A stretch of DNA of 64,000 nt from a virus (Duplodnaviria > Caudoviricetes), in the IMG/VR virus record IMGVR_UViG_3300012020_000005, positions 1 to 64,000 of that record, one strand, 5' to 3'. Both the position numbers and the translations under genes were made by a program. The notes below the pieces were generated by a model. That model was given only the letters and a program-made list of their open reading frames with translations. It had not been told where the DNA came from and did not search any database. Within the stretch, counting starts at the first letter, position 1. Every line of letters starts with the position of its first letter. This document shows, one piece after another, positions 1 through 10,046 of the stretch.

Positions 1-253
1 GTCTTTTTCGGCAGAAATAAAAACTGAAAAAATAACTATAGAAACAGACAAAGAACTAATAACAAGAACAAAAGGAACAACAATAGAAGACAATAACACA
101 ACTCTTTTTAGAACAGATTTAGGAAACAAAGAAGAATTAATACTTCTATTCAGAGAAAGAGATGAAAACACTAAAGATGATGATATTATAGGAATCACTT
201 TATATAGAGATGGAGAAACAATAACAAACACATATTATTTAAGAAAATAGGGT

Positions 254-517
254 ATGAAGAAATTAATAAGTAAAATATTCAAAATTAAAATATTAAAATC
301 AGCAACAAGAGAAGAGTTAGTACAAGAGGTAGCTATAAATACAGTGGATACTTTAGTTACTTCTTATTTGAATGGAGAGAAGTTAGATGAGGTAGAATTG
401 GTTTTTATTTTGAATTACTTAAACGAATCTGTTTTTAATCTTTTTTTGGCGCGAAAAAAGGAAACAGAAGAAAAATTAGAAAGAATAATAACCGCTTTAG
501 AAGAGCTAAAACATTAA
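254..517 (+). CDS. hypothetical protein
   Basis: 87-aa ORF on the local coding strand; no recognisable motif. Confidence 0.6.
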   Translation: MKKLISKIFKIKILKSATREELVQEVAINTVDTLVTSYLNGEKLDEVELVFILNYLNESVFNLFLARKKETEEKLERIITALEELKH

Positions 518-711
518 AATAATGAACTCACAAGTAATAAACACAGAAAAAGTAACAAGAGTAGAAGTAATAGACAGCAACGGAAGAGTCTACACAAACT
601 ACAACTGTAAAGACGTAGAAATTCAACTACAGGATGAAGAAAAAACTTTAAAAGTATTTTTAAAATGACACAAGAACAAGAATTAATTTACAATAAAAAT
701 AATTAAAATAA

Positions 712-1701
712 ATGAAAGCAGTACAAAATATTAAATCAAATTTAATAGTTTCAATTGACATTGAAACTGTAAGGTTAGCAAATGAGTTTAAAGACCTTGA
801 CGAAGGATTTAGAGATGCTTGGCGGTATAAAAACAAGCAAGATGGTATAATACCAACAGAAGAAGAGTTATCAGAATCATGGAAACGATTGGCATCATTA
901 TATGCAGAATTTTCTAAAATTTGTGCAGTAAGTCTAGCTTACTTAGACCCACAAGGAAATTTAGTCTGTAAAGAGTATTATGGAGAAAATGAAAAAGCTA
1001 TTTTAGAAGCTCTGTCAATTACTTTAAATAATATGCAAGCTCATAACTCACAATATAGATTAGTGGGGCACGCAAGTAAATATTTTGATTATCCTTATAC
1101 TTCTAAACGGTATATTATTAATGGGCTACAAATACCTAACTGCTTGGATTCCAGTAATTTAAAGCCTTGGGAGGGATTAAATTTATGCACCAATGATTTA
1201 TGGAAGTGTGGTGGTACAGGAGCAGGAAGTTCTTTACAAGCTTTATGTAATGTTTTAAGTATCCCAATTAGTAAGATTGATTTAGTAGGAGATGAAGTAG
1301 GTTCTGCATATTTTAGAAAGGAGTTTAGTAGAATTGGTAGATACTGTTCATTAGATTCAATAGCTACGTTCAACGTATTTAGAAAGTTTAAACAAGAAAG
1401 TATTTTTGATTTTGAAAGTGTAACATATATAACAGCTTATTCAGAAGATGTGGTGGAAAAAGAAATAGCAAAAGAATTACCTCTGTTACAAAAGATTTAT
1501 AAAGCTTCTAGTATTGATAGTAAAACTAAGGAAGATTTACAGAAAAGATTAGCAAAAAAGAAGATTACAAAAAAAGAAAAACTAATTATTGAAGATATTT
1601 TAGTCAGTTTATATATCGATAATACAATGTTTAAAAGTGATTCAGAGCCTGTAAAAGAAAGTAAAAGAAACGAAATAAAAGAGTTATTAAATGAATATTA
1701 A
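712..1701 (+). CDS. 3'-5' exonuclease of the PolB-exonuclease-like (DnaQ fold) family
   Basis: ExoI IDIET, YAEFSKICAVS, ExoII-like KYFDYPY and ExoIII-like YCSLDSIAT motifs. Confidence 0.75.
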   Translation: MKAVQNIKSNLIVSIDIETVRLANEFKDLDEGFRDAWRYKNKQDGIIPTEEELSESWKRLASLYAEFSKICAVSLAYLDPQGNLVCKEYYGENEKAILEALSITLNNMQAHNSQYRLVGHASKYFDYPYTSKRYIINGLQIPNCLDSSNLKPWEGLNLCTNDLWKCGGTGAGSSLQALCNVLSIPISKIDLVGDEVGSAYFRKEFSRIGRYCSLDSIATFNVFRKFKQESIFDFESVTYITAYSEDVVEKEIAKELPLLQKIYKASSIDSKTKEDLQKRLAKKKITKKEKLIIEDILVSLYIDNTMFKSDSEPVKESKRNEIKELLNEY

Positions 1702-2416
1702 GCAATTAGATTTACCAAGTGTATATGAGAACAGAAATGGTAATCCTGAATTAGAACAGTTTGTTGGCAGACCTAAATTAAGCTACTCCGCTTATAATAG
1801 TTTTAAAGAACCTACCTATAAAGGAGAATTTTTTGGAGTTTATTTTTTAGGTGAGCCAAGAACAGGGACAATTTTTACCGAATACGGAAGTGCGGTGGGA
1901 ATGTACCAAGAGACAGGCGAACCTCAAGAATATCTATCAAAGTCTGATAAAGATATTTTAGATGAAAAAATAGGAAGACCTAAAGGTGCTATTTATGAAA
2001 AGGAGTTGGTAATAGATAGAGGAAGTTATGTAATTCAATGTTTTGTTGACCGAATTGTCGAGTATTCAGATGGTTTAGAAGTGATAGATTTTAAAACAGG
2101 AGATATTTCTAAAAAACGAGCTGACTATGAAAATGAAGACTACCAACAGACAACACTTTATTCTTATGGCTTAGAGCAATTAGGTTATAATATAAAATAT
2201 TCAGGTGTAAAATTAGCAAATAGGAAAGGTAATACATTAAATACAGAAGCTTTTAGTAAGAATGGAGAACCTTTGTGGTTAAGGTTAACAGGAGAAGTAT
2301 TAGACATACCAACACCTTATTCTAAAGAAAGGGCTGAAAAGTTTTTAGATAGTTTTGATAAGACAGCTAAAGAAATTGAGGAGTATTTTAAATTATATAA
2401 AAAGTATTTCTTATAA
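1691..2416 (+). CDS. PD-(D/E)XK nuclease (RecB/Cas4-like exonuclease)
   Basis: LSYSAYNSF N-terminal motif, FVDRI...VIDFKTG catalytic motif, QTTLYSY. Confidence 0.8.
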   Translation: MNIKQLDLPSVYENRNGNPELEQFVGRPKLSYSAYNSFKEPTYKGEFFGVYFLGEPRTGTIFTEYGSAVGMYQETGEPQEYLSKSDKDILDEKIGRPKGAIYEKELVIDRGSYVIQCFVDRIVEYSDGLEVIDFKTGDISKKRADYENEDYQQTTLYSYGLEQLGYNIKYSGVKLANRKGNTLNTEAFSKNGEPLWLRLTGEVLDIPTPYSKERAEKFLDSFDKTAKEIEEYFKLYKKYFL

Positions 2417-2438
2417 ATGTTAAAATTTTAACAATAAT

Positions 2439-2469
2439 TTGCATAATAAAAATTAATTTCTTATATTTG
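2439..2469 (+). promoter_or_regulatory. Bacteroidota sigma70-type promoter (-33 TTGCA, -7 TATATTTG)
   Basis: Matches the TTTG/TAnnTTTG consensus; 23-bp offset shared with the other promoters listed. Confidence 0.75.
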
Positions 2470-2580
2470 TGACTTAATTGATAGAAGTCGAACACTATCA
2501 TATACAAAACAGCCTCATTTAAAAGTAGTTATCTTTGTTCGACCCTTGAAGATAGTGAAATTAGTGAGGCATTATTATTT
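2462..2580 (+). repeat. 119-bp exact direct repeat, copy 1 (promoter -7 box plus structured leader)
   Basis: Identical to 7203-7321 by direct comparison. Confidence 0.95.
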
Positions 2581-2608
2581 CGCGCAAAAAAGATTTAAAA
2601 CAAAAAAT

Positions 2609-2854
2609 ATGAAAAATAGTTATATAAAATCAACAGAGTATAGCATAAAACCAAGAATAAAAAAATATTGGTTTAAAAAAGACATCTTAGTGTATGATTT
2701 AATTCAGCATACAAAGGAGGAAAGATGGTGTGACACTTCTTATGGCAATGGAGGAGGTAATTTTATAGAGTATTCAACAGATGTGGTAATGTTTAGCTTT
2801 AATAATAAAGAGTTTGCGGAAGATATGTTAGAAATTTTCAAAAATAAAGTATGA
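2609..2854 (+). CDS. hypothetical protein
   Basis: Start moved to ATG 2609 because the track start at 2546 lies inside the leader repeat. Confidence 0.6.
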   Translation: MKNSYIKSTEYSIKPRIKKYWFKKDILVYDLIQHTKEERWCDTSYGNGGGNFIEYSTDVVMFSFNNKEFAEDMLEIFKNKV

Positions 2855-3036
2855 ATAGTAAAAACAAAAAAGACCTTACTCTTTTAATAAAAATGATAAA
2901 AGAAGGGAATGAAGATTTTATTAACAGGAACAATTATGAATATGGAAGATTAGGGGGACTTGAATCAGAGATAGTAAAATTTCTTCACTATAATGGAATA
3001 GTATTAAAACCTCTAATTAAATTCTATAACAGTTAA
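2851..3036 (+). CDS. hypothetical protein
   Basis: Start overlaps the previous stop codon. Confidence 0.55.
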   Translation: MNSKNKKDLTLLIKMIKEGNEDFINRNNYEYGRLGGLESEIVKFLHYNGIVLKPLIKFYNS

Positions 3037-3094
3037 AATGGAATACTAACTTATAGATGGGCAAGGTTGGTAAAAATTAAAAATAATTAATAAC

Positions 3095-3301
3095 ATGTAT
3101 GTACTTAGCTACGATAATGGCTCACGTTATGGGAAAATAGAAATAATAGCTGTTTCTAAAAGAAAAACCAATTTAGAATTCTTTATAAAAAAGAAAGGTT
3201 TTTATTGGTCTAGGAAACTAAGAAGATATATTGATGATAAAACAGCAGGTTTTGGGGGGAGTGGTACAGAATATTTCATTGAAAAAGTAAAAGAAATTTA
3301 A
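3095..3301 (+). CDS. hypothetical protein
   Basis: Co-oriented small ORF. Confidence 0.55.
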   Translation: MYVLSYDNGSRYGKIEIIAVSKRKTNLEFFIKKKGFYWSRKLRRYIDDKTAGFGGSGTEYFIEKVKEI

Positions 3302-3313
3302 AAATAGATAAGT

Positions 3314-3598
3314 ATGGAATTTAAGGGAAAATATGTAATTTTAGAAAAATTAGACGGAACTTATAGGGCAGACCTACCAATAGGAAATAACGAAGTACAA
3401 GGTTTTGCCTTAGAAGAGCCTGAAATAGGACAGCAATTGTATCTCTACACCTCAAACGAGGATGTAAAAATAGGAGAAACTATAATTCCTAAAAAAGACC
3501 TTCTTTGTGCGTGGACTAGTGCAGTGAGAGAAATAGATTTTGAAAACAACTTAATAAGAACAAATAATTCAACATATCGTTATGAAATTAGACAATAA
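3314..3598 (+). CDS. hypothetical protein
   Basis: Co-oriented small ORF. Confidence 0.6.
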   Translation: MEFKGKYVILEKLDGTYRADLPIGNNEVQGFALEEPEIGQQLYLYTSNEDVKIGETIIPKKDLLCAWTSAVREIDFENNLIRTNNSTYRYEIRQ

Positions 3599-3842
3599 CT
3601 ACAGCATTATCTACGATGGTGCAAATAACTTCACTTTAACTTTTCAAGAAGAAAGAGAAGTAAAGAAAAAAGACGGTACAAAAGAGATAGGAGTATATAA
3701 AGAAGAATACTTTAGACCTACAATTTATAGTGCTTTGAGGTGCTATTTAGATAAGTGCTTAGAACCGAGTAAAGATGTAGCTAATTGTGTACAACTTATA
3801 AATGAAACCTATACTAAAATAGAGAAATTAAAATGGAAATAA
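3582..3842 (+). CDS. hypothetical protein
   Basis: Co-oriented small ORF overlapping the previous one. Confidence 0.6.
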   Translation: MKLDNNYSIIYDGANNFTLTFQEEREVKKKDGTKEIGVYKEEYFRPTIYSALRCYLDKCLEPSKDVANCVQLINETYTKIEKLKWK

Positions 3843-4016
3843 TCTCTCTGTTTTTTAATTTTTTGCGCCAAAATAAAATAACAAACAATGAAATCAACAC
3901 AAACACCATTACAAAGAATACTAAGAATACAAAAATTTTACTTACTTAGAGGTCAGAACAGAGAATCTGTAAATGCAATAAAAAGAAAAATCTTAGCTAT
4001 TAAATTTAATAAATAA

Positions 4017-4331
4017 ATGCAACTTTCTAAGAAAAGACTAAAACATCTTATAATTGAAGAACTGTTAAAGCATAAAAACCCTTCACAAATAGCCTTAGAC
4101 TTAGGAGCAAATGAAAGTTGGGTAAATACAGTTATTGAAAACTATAAGTTAGATATATCTGTTAGGCTTCCTTTGTATGTAGTTAAGAGTTTAGATTTAT
4201 ATGGTGTTTATTATCTTTTTTCGGGCGAAGAAGAAAAAAAAGTAATGGTGGATAACAATACAATACAAAACATATCTAACTTAACTGAATATGAAAGATA
4301 TTGGCTTTATTTAAATAAAGGGTTTTTATAG
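4017..4331 (+). CDS. hypothetical protein with possible N-terminal HTH
   Basis: SQIALDLGANESWVNTVIENY resembles a helix-turn-helix. Confidence 0.4.
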   Translation: MQLSKKRLKHLIIEELLKHKNPSQIALDLGANESWVNTVIENYKLDISVRLPLYVVKSLDLYGVYYLFSGEEEKKVMVDNNTIQNISNLTEYERYWLYLNKGFL

Positions 4332-4338
4332 AAAAAAC

Positions 4339-4369
4339 TTGCAGGGGTTAAATATTTTACATATATTTG
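4339..4369 (+). promoter_or_regulatory. Bacteroidota-type promoter
   Basis: TTGCA at 4339 and TATATTTG at 4362. Confidence 0.7.
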
Positions 4370-4498
4370 CATAACAATTAAATAATGGAAGACGAAGAAG
4401 AAACTTGGACAAGATGGTGTGAATTATGTCAACAAACCTCTACATTTTCAGATAGTAATCCTTATGGAACTTGTCAGTGTAGTTAAAATAATAAAATT

Positions 4499-4867
4499 AT
4501 GGAAAACGAATACCCTTTCTACCCTGAACTAACAGAAGCAGGAAAAATAGAAGCACAAAAAGTAATTAACAACTTTAAAGAAAACGCTAAGAAAGTTTTA
4601 GATAGCCTATTAGACGATTATTTAGGTAAAGTTTATTGTGATGTAGTTACTGAAATTGAAAGCGATTCTTGGAGTAATTATAGAAACACAATAATGGATG
4701 CATTTAAAGATTATGGAAATAAAGATAAACGAAAATATGATTTTAAAAAAATTCGCCAAAAAATATACTCAGAAAATAAAGAACAAATTAATAAAGATTT
4801 AGACCAAGATAATCTAAAGAAAATTGAGGAGTTAGAAAAAACCATTGAATTGATGAGAAAATGGTAA
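4499..4867 (+). CDS. hypothetical protein
   Basis: 122-aa ORF. Confidence 0.65.
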   Translation: MENEYPFYPELTEAGKIEAQKVINNFKENAKKVLDSLLDDYLGKVYCDVVTEIESDSWSNYRNTIMDAFKDYGNKDKRKYDFKKIRQKIYSENKEQINKDLDQDNLKKIEELEKTIELMRKW

Positions 4868-5034
4868 GACTTAAATTGTATTTTGGATTAATTTTATTAC
4901 ACTTACTTAGGATATTGTTGAGCATATTTACTCTGTTCTTTTTAGTTCTTTTTGCGCCGATTTTAATATTTGTAAGAAAAAGAACATTTTATTATTGTAT
5001 AGATGAGTTTTATAAAAATTTAAAATAACAGAAA

Positions 5035-5271
5035 ATGAAGAAATTAATTAGTATAATAGTATTAGGAGTAATGGTTAGTTCTTGTAAAAATATTGTAATA
5101 AAAGAGAAAGAACTCCAAATTGTGATAAAAGTTAATGACATGCCTAATGATGAAGCATGGAGTATAGAGGGACATAAATACATGGTTAGAACTAAAGATT
5201 TGGTTTATGCAACAAATACTTTATATCAAGTAGGTGACACTTTAATAGTTGGTAAAAAATGCGCAAAATAA
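5035..5271 (+). CDS. hypothetical protein, possible lipoprotein
   Basis: MKKLISIIVLGVMVSSC resembles a signal peptide with lipobox Cys. Confidence 0.5.
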   Translation: MKKLISIIVLGVMVSSCKNIVIKEKELQIVIKVNDMPNDEAWSIEGHKYMVRTKDLVYATNTLYQVGDTLIVGKKCAK

Positions 5272-5468
5272 ACTCAATAGAGAGCAGAGGTAGAAAACAT
5301 CTATTAGTAATTCTATCTGATGGAGAATACTTTGAAGTGTTTCAATTTGGGGGAGAGGTATATACAAGCGTCTCGGATGGAATATTAAAGTCCACTCTTT
5401 GTGAGTTTAAAAAAGATGTAAAACAATTTGATTTTGATGAAAAACAATTAACTAAATTGTGGATATGA
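5259..5468 (+). CDS. hypothetical protein
   Basis: Co-oriented overlapping ORF. Confidence 0.55.
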   Translation: MRKINSIESRGRKHLLVILSDGEYFEVFQFGGEVYTSVSDGILKSTLCEFKKDVKQFDFDEKQLTKLWI

Positions 5469-5714
5469 GTTGCAACAATCATAATAAAGAAACAGAAAGA
5501 GAAGAGTTTTTACAAAGTTTAAGAGAATTAGTAATATACACCTTACCAATAGATTGTAGAGATGATGAAGATATTATAGAAACTTATTTTCAATCTTTTC
5601 TTTTGGCGTGTGAAGATTATAAAAATTTAAAATAATGCAAAAATTCATAGTTAAAAACATAAATAAATTATTAGGAATATTTATCATACTACTAGCAATC
5701 TTAATTATAACAAT

Positions 5715-6122
5715 ATGCAAAAACAATTAACCCAAGTAGCAACATTTCATAGAGTTTTTGGACAAAATATAGAAACTCGACCAACATTAATAAGTAAAGA
5801 AACGGCAAAACTTCGTTATGATTTAATGAATGAAGAAAATGATGAATATTTTGAAGCAGTTGAAAACAATGATTTGGTAGAGATAGCAGATGCACTCACT
5901 GACCAACTTTATATTTTATGTGGGACAATTTTAGAACATGGAATGCAAAACATCATTGAAGATTGTTTTCAAGAAGTTCAAAGAAGTAACATGAGTAAAT
6001 TAGATGAAGAAGGATTGCCCATAATTAATGGAGAAAATGGAGTATTTGATAAAACAAGACCTTTGGGTAAAATACTAAAAAGTAATAATTATACTCCACC
6101 AAATCTAAATCAATTTTTATGA
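5715..6122 (+). CDS. MazG-like / PRA-PH-like nucleoside triphosphate pyrophosphohydrolase
   Basis: EENDEY...EIADALTDQLY and EVQRSNMSKL motifs. Confidence 0.85.
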   Translation: MQKQLTQVATFHRVFGQNIETRPTLISKETAKLRYDLMNEENDEYFEAVENNDLVEIADALTDQLYILCGTILEHGMQNIIEDCFQEVQRSNMSKLDEEGLPIINGENGVFDKTRPLGKILKSNNYTPPNLNQFL

Positions 6123-6322
6123 AAACAATAATTCTGATATTAATAGCTTTTTTGCTAACTTCTTGTCAATCTACAATAATCTGTTGTTGTAAAGATAAGT
6201 CTTACTATCACGGCACAGAATATAAAAAAGAACAGAAAAATGAGTTCGAGAATTAAGTTTTACATAACAGTGTTATTTTATTTTTCTCTAATTGTACTAG
6301 AAATTTATTTAATTTTTTTATT

Positions 6323-6562
6323 ATGGCAAAAGGTATTTTAAAATTCAATTTAGATAATCTTGATGATGTACTAATGTATAAAAGGTGCTTAAAATCTCAG
6401 GATATGGCTTTACTTATTTGGGAGTTTTCTATAAATTCACGTAAAAGAGTAGAAAACACAATAGAAAACGAAGATACACTCAAAGGAATAGACCTTGTAT
6501 TTGAAGAGTTTTTTGAACTAGTGGAAAAATATAGTGTCGATGTAGAAGAATTAATTGATTAG
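6323..6562 (+). CDS. hypothetical protein
   Basis: Co-oriented ORF. Confidence 0.6.
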   Translation: MAKGILKFNLDNLDDVLMYKRCLKSQDMALLIWEFSINSRKRVENTIENEDTLKGIDLVFEEFFELVEKYSVDVEELID

Positions 6563-6565
6563 ATA

Positions 6566-7159
6566 ATGCATATAAATTTTAAACTTTTAAATAGTAGGGG
6601 AATAACTCCTTTAGGTTTTATGTTTCTATGCGCCGTAAAAGGGAATAAAACAGAGGATAATTCGGCAATAATAGAATATCAATTTAAAGAAGAATTAGAC
6701 GAGTTTAGGGCTACAAACCTAATAGACTTCATAAAACCAAAAAACAAGTCTCAAAACGATTATAATACAGTTAGATTAACCTCTTTAGGTAATGAGTGGA
6801 TTGATGATATTACGACTCCAAATGTAGAAGAACAACATTTAAAAATGAGGGACTACTTGATTTCTATTTATTTAAATCACGAAGATACAGAGAGAATTGT
6901 AGGGAATAAAAAGTTAATAGCTATTTATATTAGTATTTTACAAACACACCTATGTATAGATATTTATCAATTCTACTATTTGTGCGAATTTTTCTTATCC
7001 GAGCATGTTTTTACAAAAAAACTTGAGAATATTTTTATGGATAGGAATAAGATAAGATATGGGGATTTTAAAAATCATATTGAAGATTCCTCATTATTCC
7101 AATTTTATGAACAAAAGAAGAAAGAAGTCGAAAATTATTGGAAACAAAAGATAAAATAA
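6566..7159 (+). CDS. hypothetical protein, possibly replication-associated winged helix
   Basis: 197 aa; VRLTSLGNEW resembles a wing motif; lies upstream of the helicase (inference). Confidence 0.45.
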   Translation: MHINFKLLNSRGITPLGFMFLCAVKGNKTEDNSAIIEYQFKEELDEFRATNLIDFIKPKNKSQNDYNTVRLTSLGNEWIDDITTPNVEEQHLKMRDYLISIYLNHEDTERIVGNKKLIAIYISILQTHLCIDIYQFYYLCEFFLSEHVFTKKLENIFMDRNKIRYGDFKNHIEDSSLFQFYEQKKKEVENYWKQKIK

Positions 7160-7179
7160 TTACAACCAATATAACTAAT

Positions 7180-7210
7180 TTGCACAGTTCATTTTTATTT
7201 TGTATATTTG
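7180..7210 (+). promoter_or_regulatory. Bacteroidota-type promoter
   Basis: TTGCA at 7180 and TATATTTG at 7203. Confidence 0.75.
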
Positions 7211-7321
7211 TGACTTAATTGATAGAAGTCGAACACTATCATATACAAAACAGCCTCATTTAAAAGTAGTTATCTTTGTTCGACCCTTGAAGATAGTGAA
7301 ATTAGTGAGGCATTATTATTT
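7203..7321 (+). repeat. 119-bp exact direct repeat, copy 2
   Basis: Identical to 2462-2580; ends 9 bp before the homing endonuclease ATG. Confidence 0.95.
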
Positions 7322-7330
7322 TAAGCCAAA

Positions 7331-8308
7331 ATGAAAAAATTAACAACAGAAGAATTTATTGAAAAAGCTAAAAAAGTACATGGAGAAAAGTATAGTTATA
7401 AACATACTGATTATAAAAAATCTTCTTTGAGTGTAACTATTACTTGCAAAATACATAGTGAGTTTGAACAAATTGCTAATACTCATCTAAGTGGGGCAGG
7501 TTGTAAAACTTGTGCGAATAAATTAATAGGGGATAAAATAAGAAGAGAAAAAAGAGAATTTATAGAAATTTCAAAAAAAGTACATGATAATTTTTATGAC
7601 TATTCAAAAACTGTTTATACAATAAGTTCTAAAAAAGTTACAATAACTTGTCCTATACATGGAGATTTTGAACAAGAGGCAAATTCACACTTACAAGGGC
7701 ATGGGTGCTACGATTGTGGGGTAGTAAAAACAAGTGAAAAGAAGGTATTAAGTTTTAGTACTTTTAAAAAAGAGGTTTTTAAGATACATGGAGATACCTA
7801 TGAGTACAAAGAGGGGAGTTATAAAGGCATGGCATCTGATATACAAATTATGTGCAAAAAGCATGGACTTTTTACTCAAAGTGTCCCTAATCATCTAAAA
7901 GGGCAAGGTTGTCCAAGATGTGGAAACGATAGCAGATTAATTAAGATGAAGGAATACCCCCCAGGATGGGGGTATAGTGCTTGGCAAAAGGCAGGAGAAA
8001 AAAGTAAAAACTTTGACTCTTTTAAAGTCTACGTTATAAAATGTTGGGATGATAACGAAGAGTTTTATAAAATAGGTAGAACATATTTAAAAATAAAAGG
8101 ACGTTTTCATAATAAAAAAGCCTTACCATATAATTTTGAAGTACTGAAAGAGGTATATTTTATAGATGCAAGAGTGGTCTGCGAGTTAGAGTGGGTTTTA
8201 AAGAACTGCAACAAAGAAAATAGATATGTACCCATAAAAGAGTTTGGAGGACGTTATGAGTGCTTCAGAGAATTAGATTTATCTTGTTTTGAGAATTATC
8301 AAATATAA
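7331..8308 (+). CDS. putative homing endonuclease (three DUF723-like Zn-ribbon repeats plus GIY-YIG/T5orf172-like C-terminus)
   Basis: Three CxxHG.F.Q...HL.G.GCxxC repeats; VYVIKC...FYKIGRT nuclease-like motif. Confidence 0.75.
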   Translation: MKKLTTEEFIEKAKKVHGEKYSYKHTDYKKSSLSVTITCKIHSEFEQIANTHLSGAGCKTCANKLIGDKIRREKREFIEISKKVHDNFYDYSKTVYTISSKKVTITCPIHGDFEQEANSHLQGHGCYDCGVVKTSEKKVLSFSTFKKEVFKIHGDTYEYKEGSYKGMASDIQIMCKKHGLFTQSVPNHLKGQGCPRCGNDSRLIKMKEYPPGWGYSAWQKAGEKSKNFDSFKVYVIKCWDDNEEFYKIGRTYLKIKGRFHNKKALPYNFEVLKEVYFIDARVVCELEWVLKNCNKENRYVPIKEFGGRYECFRELDLSCFENYQI

Positions 8309-8332
8309 ATAATAAAAATAGAATAGTAAAAA

Positions 8333-9427
8333 ATGATTAAAAGCTCAAAAGAAACCACAAAATCTAGTTTTGATAATATAAAAGAGGGGCAATCGGGAGA
8401 ATATAAACCATTAAAAACAAGATTTAAGCATTTAAATGATATATGCCACGGGGGCTTAACTAAACAAAAAATATACAGTTTTGGTGCGTTATCAGCTTTC
8501 GGAAAATCACATGTGCTTAGACAAATAGAATCTGATATTTTTGATGAAGAATTAAATCCAGGAGCAAAAAATAGTGTCGTACTTTGCAAAGTGGACTGGG
8601 AGATGCAGAAAGAAGAAATGATTTTAGCTAGAGTACATGCTAAAACAGGAAAATCTTATAGCTACTTAATGTTTGAAACTCCTGATGAAGATACAAAAAA
8701 AGCATTTAATGAGGTGTTTTTAGAGCTTGAGTCTGACCACATTTTTGAAACTTTTGATACTTATCGCCCCGATGAGTTTTATACAGATGTAAGAGCTTTT
8801 TGCGACCAACATAAAGATAAAAAACAGGTTGTTTTAACTATTGATAATATTAATTTAGTAGATACTGAAAACTCAGACGAATCTTCTGCTATAGCTAAAT
8901 TAATAACCCATATAATCAAATTGAAAAGAGAAGTCAAGAATTTGACCATAATAATCCTTTGTCAGCTAAATCGTCAATTAAAAGAGCGTGTTTTAAATCC
9001 AAAGGAGCATTTTCCAAGAACAACAGATTTCTACTATAGTTCTAAAATAGAACACGCTTCAGATGTACAGATTGTAATACATAACCCGTTTCTTTTAAAT
9101 TTAGATGAATATGGTGCTGTTAATACAGAAAGGTATTCCTATTTAGATAAGTACTTGATACCTAAAAATAAATATTCTACATTTAGGACACAAGGTTTAG
9201 TATTTTTTCACTATGTTAAGGTAAGGTTAAAGAATGGATTAAAAGATTTTAAAGATTTATATATTGAAGAAATATTTCAAGCTGATGAAAACAAAGGAAA
9301 CGAACCTAAACCATCAACACCGACTTTTCAAGTCCCTATCTTCAATACTTCTCCAATAGAATCAACAATTCCTTTAACACAGTTTGAGAAGAGTTATGAT
9401 GATTTGAAGAATAATTCTCCTTTTTAA
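8333..9427 (+). CDS. DnaB-like (SF4) replicative helicase
   Basis: Walker A GALSAFGKS, Walker B LTIDNINL, LCQLNR and SSKIEHASD motifs. Confidence 0.8.
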   Translation: MIKSSKETTKSSFDNIKEGQSGEYKPLKTRFKHLNDICHGGLTKQKIYSFGALSAFGKSHVLRQIESDIFDEELNPGAKNSVVLCKVDWEMQKEEMILARVHAKTGKSYSYLMFETPDEDTKKAFNEVFLELESDHIFETFDTYRPDEFYTDVRAFCDQHKDKKQVVLTIDNINLVDTENSDESSAIAKLITHIIKLKREVKNLTIIILCQLNRQLKERVLNPKEHFPRTTDFYYSSKIEHASDVQIVIHNPFLLNLDEYGAVNTERYSYLDKYLIPKNKYSTFRTQGLVFFHYVKVRLKNGLKDFKDLYIEEIFQADENKGNEPKPSTPTFQVPIFNTSPIESTIPLTQFEKSYDDLKNNSPF

Positions 9428-9670
9428 TTTTCTGTTCTTTTTTATCTTTTTTGCGCGAAAAATATTTTAAAAATAAATTCCATTTGTCTTGCACATTTGG
9501 AATTTTTTGTTTTACTTTGTACCATAAATAACATATAGTTTAACAGTCACAGAATAAAAATGAAAACAAATCTCGTTGGTATAATCGCTAATATACCTAT
9601 AAATATGACTAAATGAGATTTAATTGGGTGGAACTGGGATTCCCAAGATGTTATTTTTAAAATAAAAATT

Positions 9671-10003
9671 ATGATAGATTATAAACAACTAACGCATTGT
9701 GTTTTTTGTGAGCAGTCTTTTAAAGATGTTTACAGAACGAAGGAGCATATTATACCTAAATGCAGAATACATAAAAATCATATTTATAATTACACTGCTA
9801 GTTGTGTTTGGTGTAATGAATTAAAAGATTGTATGAACGCAAAAGAATTTGCTAAATATTTAGAATTAGTAATAAAAAGTAACCTAAGTAAGTATGATTA
9901 TATTCGTCCACATTTAAAAACTATGAAAAATAACGCTTGGAAATTGTATAATAAAACACATAAGTCCCATAAAAATTATAAAATGCTGTGGGGGTTAAAA
10001 TAA
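9671..10003 (+). CDS. HNH endonuclease
   Basis: CxxC...TKEHIIPK...TASCVWCNELK. Confidence 0.75.
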   Translation: MIDYKQLTHCVFCEQSFKDVYRTKEHIIPKCRIHKNHIYNYTASCVWCNELKDCMNAKEFAKYLELVIKSNLSKYDYIRPHLKTMKNNAWKLYNKTHKSHKNYKMLWGLK

Positions 10004-10015
10004 TTTTGATTTTTC

Positions 10016-10046
10016 TTGTGTAGTTTAATTATTATAGTTACATTTG
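10016..10046 (+). promoter_or_regulatory. Bacteroidota-type promoter
   Basis: TTGTG at 10016 and TACATTTG at 10039. Confidence 0.65.

Noticed and set aside
1691-2416. Cas4 of a CRISPR system
   Set aside because: No Fe-S cysteine cluster, other cas genes or array; an ordinary phage PD-(D/E)XK nuclease is more likely.
2462-7321. 119-bp repeats as genome terminal repeats or IS ends
   Set aside because: They are internal, 4.7 kb apart, in direct orientation, with no transposase between them.
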